Positions 19,502-29,696 of a stretch of 64,000 bases of DNA are shown one piece after another. Positions within the stretch are counted from its first letter, which is position 1. The number at the start of each line of letters is the position of its first letter. The stretch lies in the UHGV virus genome UHGV-1374997. One strand, 5' to 3'. Position numbers and translations under genes: made by a program. Below the pieces are notes generated by a model that saw only the letters and a list, made by a program, of their open reading frames with translations, made no database searches and was not told the DNA's origin. This DNA comes from a virus.

Positions 19502-20803
19502 ATGGCTGAAAATCCTATTGTAGAAAAGATTAATGCTCTCTGGGAAGAACAGAAGGCTACTCTTGACAAGCGTGACGAGGCTTTGAAGAAAGATCATACC
19601 GCAGCTATCTCCGACCTCAAGGAAATGCTTGCTAAACAGGATGAGGACTTTAAGAAGTATAAGGCCGAAGCGGACGAAGAGATTAAGCGTCTCAAGATTT
19701 CGAGTGCCCCTTCTGGTGATCCTAAGACCCGTGAAGATATGGTTAAGTCCGCTTTCTTCCGTACCGTCCATAAGACCAACTATCAGGATCTTCCCGAGGA
19801 ATCAAAGTCAGCCCTTATTGAAGCTGAAATGCGTGCCGCGAAAGCTTATGGCCTTCCCAAGTCAGAAATGGAAATGAAGACTCTCCTGTCAGGTATTGAT
19901 ACCTACGGTGGCATCTTCGTTCCGGTCGAAGTTGAACAGGATATTCTGAAACTCGCCCGTGATGACTCTGCGATTTATCGTCTTGCTGAAAAGAAGACTA
20001 CGGGTACGTCCAGTTATGAACGCCCCGTCCGTCTCTCCGAATCATCCGCTGTGTGGACTGGTGAAGTCGAAACCCGCCGCGAAACCAAGACCCCGGATTA
20101 CGGTCAGCTCAAGTTGGATGTTCATACGCTCATGGCGAAGCCCACCTTGTCCTCCGAACTCATCGAAGACTCTTATGTCGACATCGAAGCCGAACTCATG
20201 GACAGCACCCGTATTGCCTTTGGCGAAACGATTGCTCATGCTCATGTGTGGGGCAATGGCGTGAAGAAGCCTTTCGGCATTCTTGCCTATCCCGTTGCCG
20301 AACAGACTGGCAAGGCTGGTGTTGATTGGGGCAAGCTCGGTTTTGCTAAGACTGGCAAGGCTGGCGCGTTCCTCCCTTATGACCCTGCCTCTAAGGATAA
20401 AGGCCCCGCCGATTGCCTTATCGATATGACCACCTTCCTGAAACGCGGCTATCGTCAGGGTGCTAACTGGCTGATGAACTCCTTTACCGAGTCCTCCGTG
20501 CGTAAGCTCAAGGATAACGATGGTAACTATCTGTGGCAGCCGTCCTTGCAGATGGGTAAGCCGAATACCCTGCTCGGCTATAACATCGAAATTGACGAAA
20601 ATATGCCCGACATTGAAGCCAATGCTTTCTCTGTAGCCTTCGGCAACTTCCGTAAGGGGTATCTTGTTGTCGAACGTCGCGGTATGCGTATCCAGCGCGA
20701 CACCGTGACCAAGGCTCCTCTCGTTATCTTCAACATTGACCTGCGTACTGGCGGCGGCATTCAGAACTTTGAAGCTATTAAGCTGCTCAAGTTCGCGGCC
20801 TAA
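19502..20803 (+). CDS. major capsid protein (HK97 fold) with N-terminal coiled-coil delta-like domain
   Basis: Start reassigned to the ATG at 19502 (RBS aagaggaag). Follows the protease gene. GC-rich optimal codon usage suggests high expression. The N-terminal region is coiled-coil. Confidence 0.65.
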   Translation: MAENPIVEKINALWEEQKATLDKRDEALKKDHTAAISDLKEMLAKQDEDFKKYKAEADEEIKRLKISSAPSGDPKTREDMVKSAFFRTVHKTNYQDLPEESKSALIEAEMRAAKAYGLPKSEMEMKTLLSGIDTYGGIFVPVEVEQDILKLARDDSAIYRLAEKKTTGTSSYERPVRLSESSAVWTGEVETRRETKTPDYGQLKLDVHTLMAKPTLSSELIEDSYVDIEAELMDSTRIAFGETIAHAHVWGNGVKKPFGILAYPVAEQTGKAGVDWGKLGFAKTGKAGAFLPYDPASKDKGPADCLIDMTTFLKRGYRQGANWLMNSFTESSVRKLKDNDGNYLWQPSLQMGKPNTLLGYNIEIDENMPDIEANAFSVAFGNFRKGYLVVERRGMRIQRDTVTKAPLVIFNIDLRTGGGIQNFEAIKLLKFAA

Positions 20804-20823
20804 GCAAAAAAGGAGAAATCATT

Positions 20824-21174
20824 ATGGCTATGAAAGATCTTGCATCTCATATGAAGGTGGTCCCGGTTACTTCGGGAACTCCTATTGACATTCAGGGGTT
20901 TAACTCCGTCACCTTTATTCTTGAAGGTGACGGCACCAACGATGCTTCGCTTGCTATCACGCATGGCGACACGTCTTCCGGCGCTACGGAAGCTCTTGAA
21001 CCTCTGGACCTCACTAAACCTATTGCGGACGTGAAAGTCACTGCGTCAGTAACTAGTGCTAAAGTCGGTTACATCGGTAGCCGCCAGTTCGTGAAGGTTG
21101 AAGTTACTAAGTCCACTGGCACCCCGACCGTTCATGCGGTTCTGATGCGCGCTGACCTTGTTCCGGTGGAGTAA
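20824..21174 (+). CDS. hypothetical head-associated protein
   Basis: 116 aa directly after the capsid gene with RBS aaggaga. Confidence 0.35.
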   Translation: MAMKDLASHMKVVPVTSGTPIDIQGFNSVTFILEGDGTNDASLAITHGDTSSGATEALEPLDLTKPIADVKVTASVTSAKVGYIGSRQFVKVEVTKSTGTPTVHAVLMRADLVPVE

Positions 21175-21180
21175 TTCCCT

Positions 21181-21492
21181 ATGGCTATCAACGAAGCGAT
21201 TACCAGCGTAGCATCTCCTGTAGAAGCCGCCGCTGATGAAACCCCGAAGTCTTCCGCGAAGCCTAAATCATCAAAAGAAATTGTGAGTGGGGCGGATACC
21301 GCCCCCTCCGTTTCAGAAGATGTTATGGGTATCGTAGAAGACCTGAAAAAGGCCGGGCTTGATGAACGACTTAAAAGGGAAAATCTGACTATCGTTGCTT
21401 TTGTCGGTGGTCGTTCCGGTTTCGGTTCCGCCGAGATTGTTCTTACCGAGCTTGCCGATAAAGTAAAGCATAAAATCAACGAAGGGAAATAG
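21181..21492 (+). CDS. hypothetical protein
   Basis: 103-aa ORF. Confidence 0.35.
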   Translation: MAINEAITSVASPVEAAADETPKSSAKPKSSKEIVSGADTAPSVSEDVMGIVEDLKKAGLDERLKRENLTIVAFVGGRSGFGSAEIVLTELADKVKHKINEGK

Positions 21493-21497
21493 ACGAT

Positions 21498-22460
21498 ATG
21501 AGTCTTGACATGACCATTGCCCCTAAATGCTATCCTGTTTCTGTGGAAGAGGTCAAGCAGCATTTGAGGCTGAATACCACAACTGCGGAAGAAGATTTTT
21601 ATATTGAAAATCTTATAGCTTCCGCTACGACTCACGCGGAACAGAAAACCGGGCGAGTTTTTGTAGATTCAGAATGGTCGTGGACTCCCTCCGAAAAAGA
21701 GATGAATGGATCTGCGGTTCCTCTCCCCGTGGTTCCCGTTACATCCGTAGAAGTGTTTGACTCTTCGGGCCAGCCTGTCTCTCCTGACCTGTATACTGTT
21801 GAATACCCTGCGTTGTCGCCGCAAGGAAATCCGCTTATTGGATCTCTCTCCCCTTTGAGCGGATTTCCTCTCAATCCAAAAATTGTTCTTCGTGCCGGAT
21901 ATACGGTAGAAGAAAAATCCGAAAAAATCGTAACTAACGAATCTCCTTTCGTCGAACCCACTAAGGCCGGATTTACCGAATCTAGCGTTACTCTCGTATT
22001 CAATCGACCCATTATGGGTGATGCAAAACCAGAAAATTTTCAAATCTATGATTCCGTTGGAAACAACGTACCTGTGCTTGCCGTCTTTGTCAAGGATGAT
22101 GTTGTAAAAATTCAGACTACGGAAGCATCAATTGTGAAAGGCGCGTCCCTCATCATAAATTATGCTGGCGGTTTCCTTCACGATGAATTTCATAATTATG
22201 TAGATGCCCAATCTGTAAAGATTCCTCCTATCGCGGAAATTCCGAAATTACATATTGCTCCGGATGCAATTCCAACTCAAAAAGTTTTTGTAAGCAATTG
22301 TCCTCATCCTTTGAAACAATGGATTATGGTTCGTACAGGAACGCTCTTTCAGCAAAGATCCGAGATAGCTTTGAGAGCAGGAAAATCTAACGACGCACTA
22401 TTTCCAAGCAATTTTATAGATAATATATTGGACACATTTAAAATTATAGGATTTGTTTGA
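21498..22460 (+). CDS. head-tail connector (gp6-like) with C-terminal extension
   Basis: N-terminus VSVEEVKQHLRLNTTTAEEDFYIENLIASATTHAEQKTGR matches the gp6-like head-tail connector family pattern. Confidence 0.6.
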   Translation: MSLDMTIAPKCYPVSVEEVKQHLRLNTTTAEEDFYIENLIASATTHAEQKTGRVFVDSEWSWTPSEKEMNGSAVPLPVVPVTSVEVFDSSGQPVSPDLYTVEYPALSPQGNPLIGSLSPLSGFPLNPKIVLRAGYTVEEKSEKIVTNESPFVEPTKAGFTESSVTLVFNRPIMGDAKPENFQIYDSVGNNVPVLAVFVKDDVVKIQTTEASIVKGASLIINYAGGFLHDEFHNYVDAQSVKIPPIAEIPKLHIAPDAIPTQKVFVSNCPHPLKQWIMVRTGTLFQQRSEIALRAGKSNDALFPSNFIDNILDTFKIIGFV

Positions 22461-22812
22461 TATGCTTGATTATACTTCAAATCCTGCCGTATTAAATAAA
22501 AGAGCGACATTGCTTAAAGAAGTTCGATCAAGAGACGTTACTGGCTCACCGACAAGTTTATATCATCCTGTAGCTGACATCTATGTTGGCATTGAATATA
22601 TGTCTGGGAGAGAATATTGGATTGCTTCTCAGTCTCAAGGCGAAGGGACGATACGAATTTCCATGAGATTTCGTTCGGATGTTTCAGACAGAAGTAGATT
22701 CATATTACATTCGGATCATGAAGGCGATATTGTTTTGGAAGTAAAGTCACCTCCTATAAATAAAGAAAATACTTATCTTGAAGTTATGTGTAGGAGACTT
22801 TCCGATGCTTAA
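22453..22812 (+). CDS. head closure / head-tail adaptor (SPP1 gp16-like)
   Basis: The pattern GSPTSLYHPVADIYVGIEYMSGREYWIASQSQGEGTIRISMRF matches this family. Confidence 0.5.
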   Translation: MFDMLDYTSNPAVLNKRATLLKEVRSRDVTGSPTSLYHPVADIYVGIEYMSGREYWIASQSQGEGTIRISMRFRSDVSDRSRFILHSDHEGDIVLEVKSPPINKENTYLEVMCRRLSDA

Positions 22813-23215
22813 TACGCCGCTAAAGCTTGTCCAAAGAGCAGAAACAAAACTTTTTCAACTTTTCATAAAGTCTCAAGAAGTAAAAAAATTTTTTGGTGAA
22901 AATATCTTTCAGGGGATCGTCGAAGCGAACACCGTAGCTAATACTAAACGCTTCGTTCTAATTCATAGAATTTCCGGAGATCCCTTGGATAAAACACTTT
23001 CTGATAGGGGAGACTTATTGCGGTCAGTCCGTGTTCAGGTTGACGTAATGAGTACCAATTATGCGGAGGCCACAGAGGGCTCTGAAATTATCAGAAGTTT
23101 AGCGGAAACGGAGTTTCCATCCTGCGTAGATGGAGATCATTATGGAACAACGCAGATTGGACAAAATATTTGGCATATTCAATCTGTAGATTTTATCCTT
23201 GAAGAAGGAGCTTAA
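22778..23215 (+). CDS. hypothetical neck/tail-completion protein
   Basis: 145 aa between the connector proteins and the major tail protein. Confidence 0.35.
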   Translation: MKLCVGDFPMLNTPLKLVQRAETKLFQLFIKSQEVKKFFGENIFQGIVEANTVANTKRFVLIHRISGDPLDKTLSDRGDLLRSVRVQVDVMSTNYAEATEGSEIIRSLAETEFPSCVDGDHYGTTQIGQNIWHIQSVDFILEEGA

Positions 23216-23217
23216 CA

Positions 23218-24021
23218 ATGGCTGTATCTTATCAAGCCAGAACGAGTAAAGGACTGAAATTCTATCGTGGTACGGGAAATTCCTTTGCTACGGCAGTGTG
23301 GGAGCATGTTCCGGGAATTTCAGCTTGGAATGGACCTAATATTTCCAAGCCCACAATTACCGTTACGACCACTCAATCGGAAGCCGTAGAAAAAATCTCG
23401 GATATTCCTGATAACGGTACTATCACTTTTAACGGTTATGTTGATGACCTTTGCGAAACGCATCAGAATTTGCTGACGCAAGATTTGTACTCTCGTGATT
23501 ATCGTCCGTGTAAGGTAGAGTTCCCCACGGGTACGGTTATGTACTTCATGGGCCAGCTTACCGGGATGCCGCTTTCTGGTGGCGTCGGTGCTGCGAATAC
23601 GACCACGTATACTTTCGACGTTTCTGGTAAGATTGAATGGGTTTTTGGTGGTAAACGCGCCACTCTGAGTTGGGATAGCACACTCGCTGGTACTGAATCG
23701 ACTGGCGCTGTGACTGGTAAAGTCACTGTAACGCTTATCCCGGGCAAGGAATCAACCGCTAAATTTACTACGAGCGTTACTAACGACGCGAACTTTACTG
23801 CAAATACGCATTATAAATTGGCTAATGTCCCGGCTGGACTTGTTGGTGCCCTCAAGAAAGTTAGTGATACGGTTGCCGAGTTGTCTTTCACCGGAGCCGC
23901 TACTACTAAGGTGGATGTTTCTAACGTCGCCTTGACTTTCATGGATAGCGCCTTTACTAACGCTGACGCTAACCTCATTTCCGGCAGCACGAAGACCGAC
24001 ATTGCTATTACTTTCGTCTAA
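23218..24021 (+). CDS. major tail protein
   Basis: Sits just upstream of the G/GT chaperones and the tape measure. The N-terminal domain has a paralog at 43925. Confidence 0.6.
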   Translation: MAVSYQARTSKGLKFYRGTGNSFATAVWEHVPGISAWNGPNISKPTITVTTTQSEAVEKISDIPDNGTITFNGYVDDLCETHQNLLTQDLYSRDYRPCKVEFPTGTVMYFMGQLTGMPLSGGVGAANTTTYTFDVSGKIEWVFGGKRATLSWDSTLAGTESTGAVTGKVTVTLIPGKESTAKFTTSVTNDANFTANTHYKLANVPAGLVGALKKVSDTVAELSFTGAATTKVDVSNVALTFMDSAFTNADANLISGSTKTDIAITFV

Positions 24022-24092
24022 TCTATAACAACCAAATAAAAGAGAGGGAGAATTGTCTCCCTCTCGAAAAAAAAATTCAGGAGAGGAATTAT

Positions 24093-24464
24093 ATGGCTAT
24101 TCTTACTATCGAAAAGTTTGCGGAACTGCGTAACAGTCTTACTGTTGTGAAAGACAAGTTTTACATCCCCGTGTGGGACGCGGAAGTTTACATGCGTAGA
24201 CTGAGCGCCGGGGAAGCAATGAAAATTTATAGTCGCGCCGAGAAAGTTCAAGACGAGGATAAAAAGGTCGAAGAATATAACTTTGCGATGTATCGTATGG
24301 TTATTGCTTGCCTTGTCGATGAGAACGGCAACCAGATGCTTACCGAGAATGACATTAACTGGCTTTTGAGTCAGGATGTTCAGGTTGTTACTGCCTTGGT
24401 CGAAGCCGCGTCCAAAATGAATACCATCAATGAAAAGGCTCAGGAAGAGGCTGAAAAAAACTAA
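24093..24464 (+). CDS. tail assembly chaperone (gpG-like)
   Basis: Located between the major tail protein and the tape measure. Ends at the slippery site A_AAA_AAC. Confidence 0.55.
   Translation: MAILTIEKFAELRNSLTVVKDKFYIPVWDAEVYMRRLSAGEAMKIYSRAEKVQDEDKKVEEYNFAMYRMVIACLVDENGNQMLTENDINWLLSQDVQVVTALVEAASKMNTINEKAQEEAEKN
24455..24461 (+). other. -1 programmed ribosomal frameshift slippery heptamer A_AAA_AAC
   Basis: 0-frame codons are GAA AAA AAC TAA. The -1 frame reads without a stop into ORF 24482..24703, which is in frame 2. Confidence 0.55.
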
Positions 24465-24481
24465 CAACTGGCTGGCTTTGG

Positions 24482-24703
24482 ATGTTCGCGTATTCTCTTG
24501 CGCGTGATCTTCATATGACGGTAAATCAGCTTTTAGAAAATATGGACGTAGAAGAGTTCATGGGATGGGTTGCTTACCATAAGATTAAAAATGAAGAACA
24601 AGAGAATGAAGAAGGGGGTCAATCTCCTAGAAAAAGAGAAATGACCCCCGAAGAACAAGAAAAGGCGATGTTCGCTCTTTATGGCGGAAAAGTTATTGAA
24701 TAA
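24482..24703 (+). CDS. tail assembly chaperone extension (gpT-like; expressed as G-T fusion via -1 frameshift)
   Basis: In the -1 frame relative to G, with no stop codon between the slippery site and its ATG. Confidence 0.5.
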   Translation: MFAYSLARDLHMTVNQLLENMDVEEFMGWVAYHKIKNEEQENEEGGQSPRKREMTPEEQEKAMFALYGGKVIE

Positions 24704-24712
24704 AAAAGTCGT

Positions 24713-24973
24713 CTACTTCTTCACAGCGTTTTCTTTATCCAGCCGTTTGCGTGCTTCCCATTCTTTACGCATTGAAACAATCTGATTGATGCCCGGAATA
24801 ATTGCGCTTTTGACTAACGCATGGCAACTCAATGCCACATACAAACCGATTATGCCTAACTTTGTACCATAAGGTTTTCCGTTCACGTCCGCAAAAACGC
24901 CAAAGGCAAAAATCAAGGCACCAATGATTTCAACAGAAACAAAGACCCTAAGCAAAACGTAAAATTTTTTCAT
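24713..24973 (-). CDS. small membrane protein (moron-like, opposite strand)
   Basis: 86 aa with two hydrophobic helices and RBS agggag. It is the only minus-strand gene in the structural module. Confidence 0.5.
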   Translation of the reverse strand: MKKFYVLLRVFVSVEIIGALIFAFGVFADVNGKPYGTKLGIIGLYVALSCHALVKSAIIPGINQIVSMRKEWEARKRLDKENAVKK

Positions 24974-25004
24974 TTTTATTCTCCCTTAAAAAGCCCGTAA
25001 TGGA

Positions 25005-25592
25005 TTGGAGGTGTACATGGCTTTTAATGTACAACAACTCCCGCTCAAACTTCTCTCTGAAATTTCATTTCAAATAGAGACGGAGGGTGCGAAAGTCCTT
25101 ACGGGCTTTTCTAATGCGCTCCGTCTTGAGATGATAAAAAATGCTAAAAGTGTCCCCCTTTCCAAGAACCCTTGGTACGTAACGCCCAATGAAAATTTTA
25201 GAGAAACGCCATTTGTCCGTCCATCAAAAAGAATACCGAAAAAAGCCAAACTTGTTGACGCTGGAGCTTGGTATGCACACTTTCTTGAATACGGTACGGA
25301 GCCCCATGTTGTCAAGGGAAAAAGAAGTCCTAAAAAATGGATGCGATATGAAGACAAACTTGGCGTACCTCCCGGTATAGTATTCAGAGATCCAGCTACG
25401 AAAGAAATTATCAGATTTACGGAAAGAAGTAAAGTAGACGGAAAAGTCTACGTTTTTTCAAAAAAAGAAGAGCATGGCATTCCCGGTAAATCCACGCCAA
25501 ACCCTTTTCAACCTGCGGGATATGTGCGTAAAACTGCGGACTCAGCCGAAAAAGTGCTTGAAAAATATTTGTCCACGGAAGAGGGATCTTAA
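25005..25592 (+). CDS. HK97 gp10-family phage protein
   Basis: AKVLTGFSNALRLEM...GAWYAHFLEYGTEPH matches the gp10 family pattern TG.L..S...YA.YVEYGT. Confidence 0.45.
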   Translation: MEVYMAFNVQQLPLKLLSEISFQIETEGAKVLTGFSNALRLEMIKNAKSVPLSKNPWYVTPNENFRETPFVRPSKRIPKKAKLVDAGAWYAHFLEYGTEPHVVKGKRSPKKWMRYEDKLGVPPGIVFRDPATKEIIRFTERSKVDGKVYVFSKKEEHGIPGKSTPNPFQPAGYVRKTADSAEKVLEKYLSTEEGS

Positions 25593-28500
25593 TGGCGACT
25601 AAAAGACTCACACGGCTAGTTATTCCGGTGGAGCTTGACGATAGTAAAACAGCAAGCACTCTCACCAATCTTAAAGAAGTAATCACTCAAACAAGCCAGC
25701 AAATTTCTCGGAGCATGGAGAAAGCCCTGCCCGTTGCTGATATTACTAATGCTTCTATAAATATTATCAGGTCAATCGGAAGTATTCAAGCGTCCGCCAA
25801 AACCGCCGCCGCAGGAATTAAAAGTGAGACTGATAAAATTGGGAACGCTCTGCAAGGTGCTTTCGGCGTAGATGCGACGAAAGCGTCTTCTATGATGCAA
25901 AAATTCCTTGAGATGCGCGGTGTTGAAAGGGCGGTAACTCAGTTAAAACGGATGCAGCGTGAGTATGGGCTTACATCCGCCGAAGCTATTGAGTTTGCGA
26001 AAAGCATCAATGCGTCTGACGAGGTTCTTCGTCGATTTGCTGACACTCAGGAACGCACAAAACAGGGTGGTAGAGGCGTTTCCGGGCTTCTTACGCCGTA
26101 TTCCCTTACTTCTGGTGTTCAAGCCGCAGCGGGCGCTGTAGGTGTTTCTTTCGGTATGTACGGAATGGTCGAGCTTACCAAGTCCGTATTTAACGCTACC
26201 ACCGCTCTTGATAGCTTACAGCTTTCTTTCAAGTCGATTTACGGAGAATCCGCAGTAGCCGAGCAATCCCTCGGATTTGTACGTAAAGTAAGTGATGAAC
26301 TTGGATTGTCTTTTATCGACACTGCGCAAGCTGCAAAAGCTCTGTTCGCTTCCGCGAAAGGCACTGTCTTAGAAAACGACGCTCAGATGATTTTTAAAAG
26401 CTTCTCCCAGATGGGCGTTGCGCTTAAACTCACTGGCGAACAGATGGATTCCGTGTTCCTCGCTATCTCTCAGATGATTTCTAAGGGTAAGGTCAGCGCG
26501 GAAGAACTTAGATTACAGCTTTCTGAAAGAATGCCCGGTGCAGTGAATCTTTTTGCGAAAGCTATTGGAGTGACCACAAAACAACTTGACGATATGCTCC
26601 AAAAAGGCGAAGTTGGACTTGAACATCTTCGTACCTTTGCGGAAGAAGTCGGAAAGACGTATGCTAAGGGAGCGGAAGAAGCTTCTCACGGTTTACAAGC
26701 CGAGCTTAACAGGTTGGCTACTGCATGGTTTGACCTCAAATCCGCAATGATGGATTCCGAGGGCGCGGCAGCTTTTATTCGTGTACTTACGGAAATTACG
26801 AAATTCATTGGGCAGAACATTGATTCAATAATGAATTTCGTAAAGTGGCTTGGAATCGTATATGCGACGCTTAAAGTCACTACGGCTTTCGGTGTTGCGG
26901 TAGATGCGCTCAAGAATCTCAGAACTGCTTTCACGCTGACAGGAGTAGCCGCAGCAGAAGCGTCCGGCATAATGAAAGCCGCGCAAGCCGTAATCGCTAA
27001 ATTCGCACTTGCTTTTAACGCCAATCCTATCGCACTTACTGTCACCGCGCTAGTCGCTGTAGGTACTGCGGCATACGCTCTTAGCAACCAGATGTCTGAC
27101 TCCGAAAAGTTTATTTCCGGATATGCCAAGAGCTTCGACGAGATTGCCAGTAAGTCTGAAAAGGCTGCGGCAAGCCAGAACAATCTTTCAAATTCCAATA
27201 AACGACTCCAAGAACAATATCTTAGCGGTGAATACGTAAAGCGCCAGATGGACTTTATCCAAGCCCTTCAAGAGCTTCCTAACGTATTCTCTTCTACTAA
27301 GGTGATTAGTTTTTTTGATTCCATACTCGGGCCTCTTTCCGATACTGATTCAGAAGCTCTCTTTACATTAAGAAGTCAAGCCGTTAAGCTTGCTAAAGAG
27401 ACTCGTGATGCTATTGATAAAGCATTAAACGAAGAAACCGACCCGAAAGCCAGAGATGAAATGATTAAGAACACTCTTGATCGTTTCAAGATCATGTTCC
27501 GTACTATCAAAGATGGCATGAAAGAAGCTGGTGCATCTGACGAAGTTATTAAGCAATGGGACAATTTCGGTGGGGCCATTCTCAATGCGAAAGATACCGC
27601 AGATGCAGCTAAAGCGGCGTTGGAAGCGCTCACCGGAGAAGCGAACAAAAGCGGAAACAGCATAGCTAAATTCGCGGAAGCCTATGAAGCTATTCGTAAA
27701 GGAACAAAGACCACAGAATTTGGCAAGCAGCTTGCCGGGCAGGAAGACTTCGAGGCTCAGATTCGCGGACTTCTCCAGATGTCCGAAGCTCAAGAGCAAC
27801 TAGAGAGCAAGACTCGGAATCTCCTCGCAGCATATACCGAACAGCAGAACGCCAATACTTTGACCGAAGAAAAGATGAGAGAGCTTGAATCAGCTTTTGA
27901 TTCTATGTCTAGTCAGTCCGGTCAACTTGACAATGCTTTCCGGCTTGTAGCTGAGGCGGCAGTATCCTCTGGAGCGGACGCTTCTACTCTCGATTCAATT
28001 ATTGAAAAACTTGGGGAGACTTTCCATCTTTCATCTCAGGATATTGACGAGTTTAGAACAAAACTAAATTCTGCGTTGTCTGTTGCGGCACTCCAATCTG
28101 CGGAACAAAAACTCGCTGCTATTGAAGGTAAATTAGCAACAGTAGGGAGTAAGACCTCTCGTGCTGCTTTGACTACCCTTTCATCAATGAAAGAACTTCA
28201 AAAAGGGCAGGAGAAACAGATATTAGAAGCTATAGAATCCGGCGATTTTACGAATCTCCTTAATGCACAAGGAAATAAAATAGCCGAAGATGTAGCTAAA
28301 GTTTATAAAGAAATTGCGGAAAAATCCGAAGCTCTTGTTACTGCGGAAGAGGCTAATCGCAAAGCAAAAAGAGACGCAAATAAAAAGCCAAAGAAAATCC
28401 CTGAATTTGATATTGAAGGATTTGATGTTCGCGTACAGAAGTTATTTGGAACCGAAACGAACTTCGCAAAAATTGTTGAAGCCGAAATTGAAAAATTAAA

Positions 28501-29692
28501 CGCTTCACTGGCTACACATAAACTTGATATTAAAAAAGTCGCGGAAATCTATAAAGACGAGCTTCCTGATGGATTACATTCCGTTGCCGAGGCGCAAGAG
28601 TTCCTGAGCAACAAGCTCAAAGAAGGATTGTTCGCCAAGCAAGCGGAAAAAGAAAAGAAAGCCGTCGATGATCTTCGTGAAAAATTGATGGACTTTGAAA
28701 GGGCTTATTCTGAAATCGTTTCGGGCGATAAGGGTGAAGCCGCACTTAAATCCTATGAAAAGCAATCTAAGCAATGGAAAGACACTGCTGAGAAGCTCTA
28801 TAGGTCTATATCTAATTCCGCATTTTCTTCCGCAGAAGAAAGAATTGCTGCTGAACAAGAATATGCTGATACGGTTGCCCGTATTGATGAATGGATGGCG
28901 GAACAGAGAATCCGTACTTCTGGTGGTGTTTTAGATAATCTGAAACTCGGTATCAAAGACTACTATGATCAGCACAAGAACTATGCTCTTGGATTGGGTG
29001 AAGTAGTAACATCTACCACAGATAGTATGGCAGCCGCCTTATCTGATTTTGTGGTAGGAGGTATGCGAGACTTTAAGTCCTTCGGAGAGGCATTTGATAG
29101 CTTGGTCAATGACATGATCAGAAGCCTGTCAAAATTGCTTGCGCAACAGCTTATGTCCGGCATTCTCCAATCTGCGCTTGGCCTCTTCACCGGAGGTATT
29201 GGCGGTGGAGGCGGTGCCGATAATGCGGTTTCATTCTCGTCTTGGTTCGGCGGTATTAATAGAAAAGCCAATGGTGGCGTGATGACTGGAATTTCTGGTC
29301 ATAGCAATTCGATAGTAACTTCACCGACTCTTTTCTCTTACGGAAAAGAAATCAGCCAGTATGCCAATGGTGCTGGATTGATGGGAGAAGCTGGACCCGA
29401 AGCTATTATGCCTTTGACGAGAACAAGCTCAGGTAAACTCGGCGTCATTTCTAAACGAGAAAATGAGTCGAGCCGACCCACATCTTCTTCATCTTCCGAG
29501 GTGTTTGTAAATGTTTATAACTCTACTGGTCAAAAGGCACAAACCAAACAAACTCAGAATGCAAATGGGTCAAAAAGCATAGATGTTATAATTGGTGATG
29601 TCGCCGCACAGCAGATGCTTACTCCCGGCACCAAAGCCAATTATGCTATCAGAACTCAAACCGGGGCTACTCCCCCGACGATTAAGCGGTGA
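25592..29692 (+). CDS. tail tape measure protein
   Basis: 1366 aa. Has a TP901-family TMP core (SAEELRLQLSERMPGAVNLFAKAIGVTTKQLDDMLQKGEV), coiled-coil Ala-rich stretches and a Gly-rich C-terminal part. Confidence 0.9.
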   Translation: MATKRLTRLVIPVELDDSKTASTLTNLKEVITQTSQQISRSMEKALPVADITNASINIIRSIGSIQASAKTAAAGIKSETDKIGNALQGAFGVDATKASSMMQKFLEMRGVERAVTQLKRMQREYGLTSAEAIEFAKSINASDEVLRRFADTQERTKQGGRGVSGLLTPYSLTSGVQAAAGAVGVSFGMYGMVELTKSVFNATTALDSLQLSFKSIYGESAVAEQSLGFVRKVSDELGLSFIDTAQAAKALFASAKGTVLENDAQMIFKSFSQMGVALKLTGEQMDSVFLAISQMISKGKVSAEELRLQLSERMPGAVNLFAKAIGVTTKQLDDMLQKGEVGLEHLRTFAEEVGKTYAKGAEEASHGLQAELNRLATAWFDLKSAMMDSEGAAAFIRVLTEITKFIGQNIDSIMNFVKWLGIVYATLKVTTAFGVAVDALKNLRTAFTLTGVAAAEASGIMKAAQAVIAKFALAFNANPIALTVTALVAVGTAAYALSNQMSDSEKFISGYAKSFDEIASKSEKAAASQNNLSNSNKRLQEQYLSGEYVKRQMDFIQALQELPNVFSSTKVISFFDSILGPLSDTDSEALFTLRSQAVKLAKETRDAIDKALNEETDPKARDEMIKNTLDRFKIMFRTIKDGMKEAGASDEVIKQWDNFGGAILNAKDTADAAKAALEALTGEANKSGNSIAKFAEAYEAIRKGTKTTEFGKQLAGQEDFEAQIRGLLQMSEAQEQLESKTRNLLAAYTEQQNANTLTEEKMRELESAFDSMSSQSGQLDNAFRLVAEAAVSSGADASTLDSIIEKLGETFHLSSQDIDEFRTKLNSALSVAALQSAEQKLAAIEGKLATVGSKTSRAALTTLSSMKELQKGQEKQILEAIESGDFTNLLNAQGNKIAEDVAKVYKEIAEKSEALVTAEEANRKAKRDANKKPKKIPEFDIEGFDVRVQKLFGTETNFAKIVEAEIEKLNASLATHKLDIKKVAEIYKDELPDGLHSVAEAQEFLSNKLKEGLFAKQAEKEKKAVDDLREKLMDFERAYSEIVSGDKGEAALKSYEKQSKQWKDTAEKLYRSISNSAFSSAEERIAAEQEYADTVARIDEWMAEQRIRTSGGVLDNLKLGIKDYYDQHKNYALGLGEVVTSTTDSMAAALSDFVVGGMRDFKSFGEAFDSLVNDMIRSLSKLLAQQLMSGILQSALGLFTGGIGGGGGADNAVSFSSWFGGINRKANGGVMTGISGHSNSIVTSPTLFSYGKEISQYANGAGLMGEAGPEAIMPLTRTSSGKLGVISKRENESSRPTSSSSSEVFVNVYNSTGQKAQTKQTQNANGSKSIDVIIGDVAAQQMLTPGTKANYAIRTQTGATPPTIKR

Positions 29693-29696
29693 TTAT

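Noticed and set aside
24041-24066. Hairpin gagagggaga-attg-tctccctctc after the major tail gene, considered as a terminator
   Set aside because: It is followed by an A-run, not a U-run, on the plus strand, so it is more likely a stabilising stem or a weak attenuator. It is not called as a terminator.
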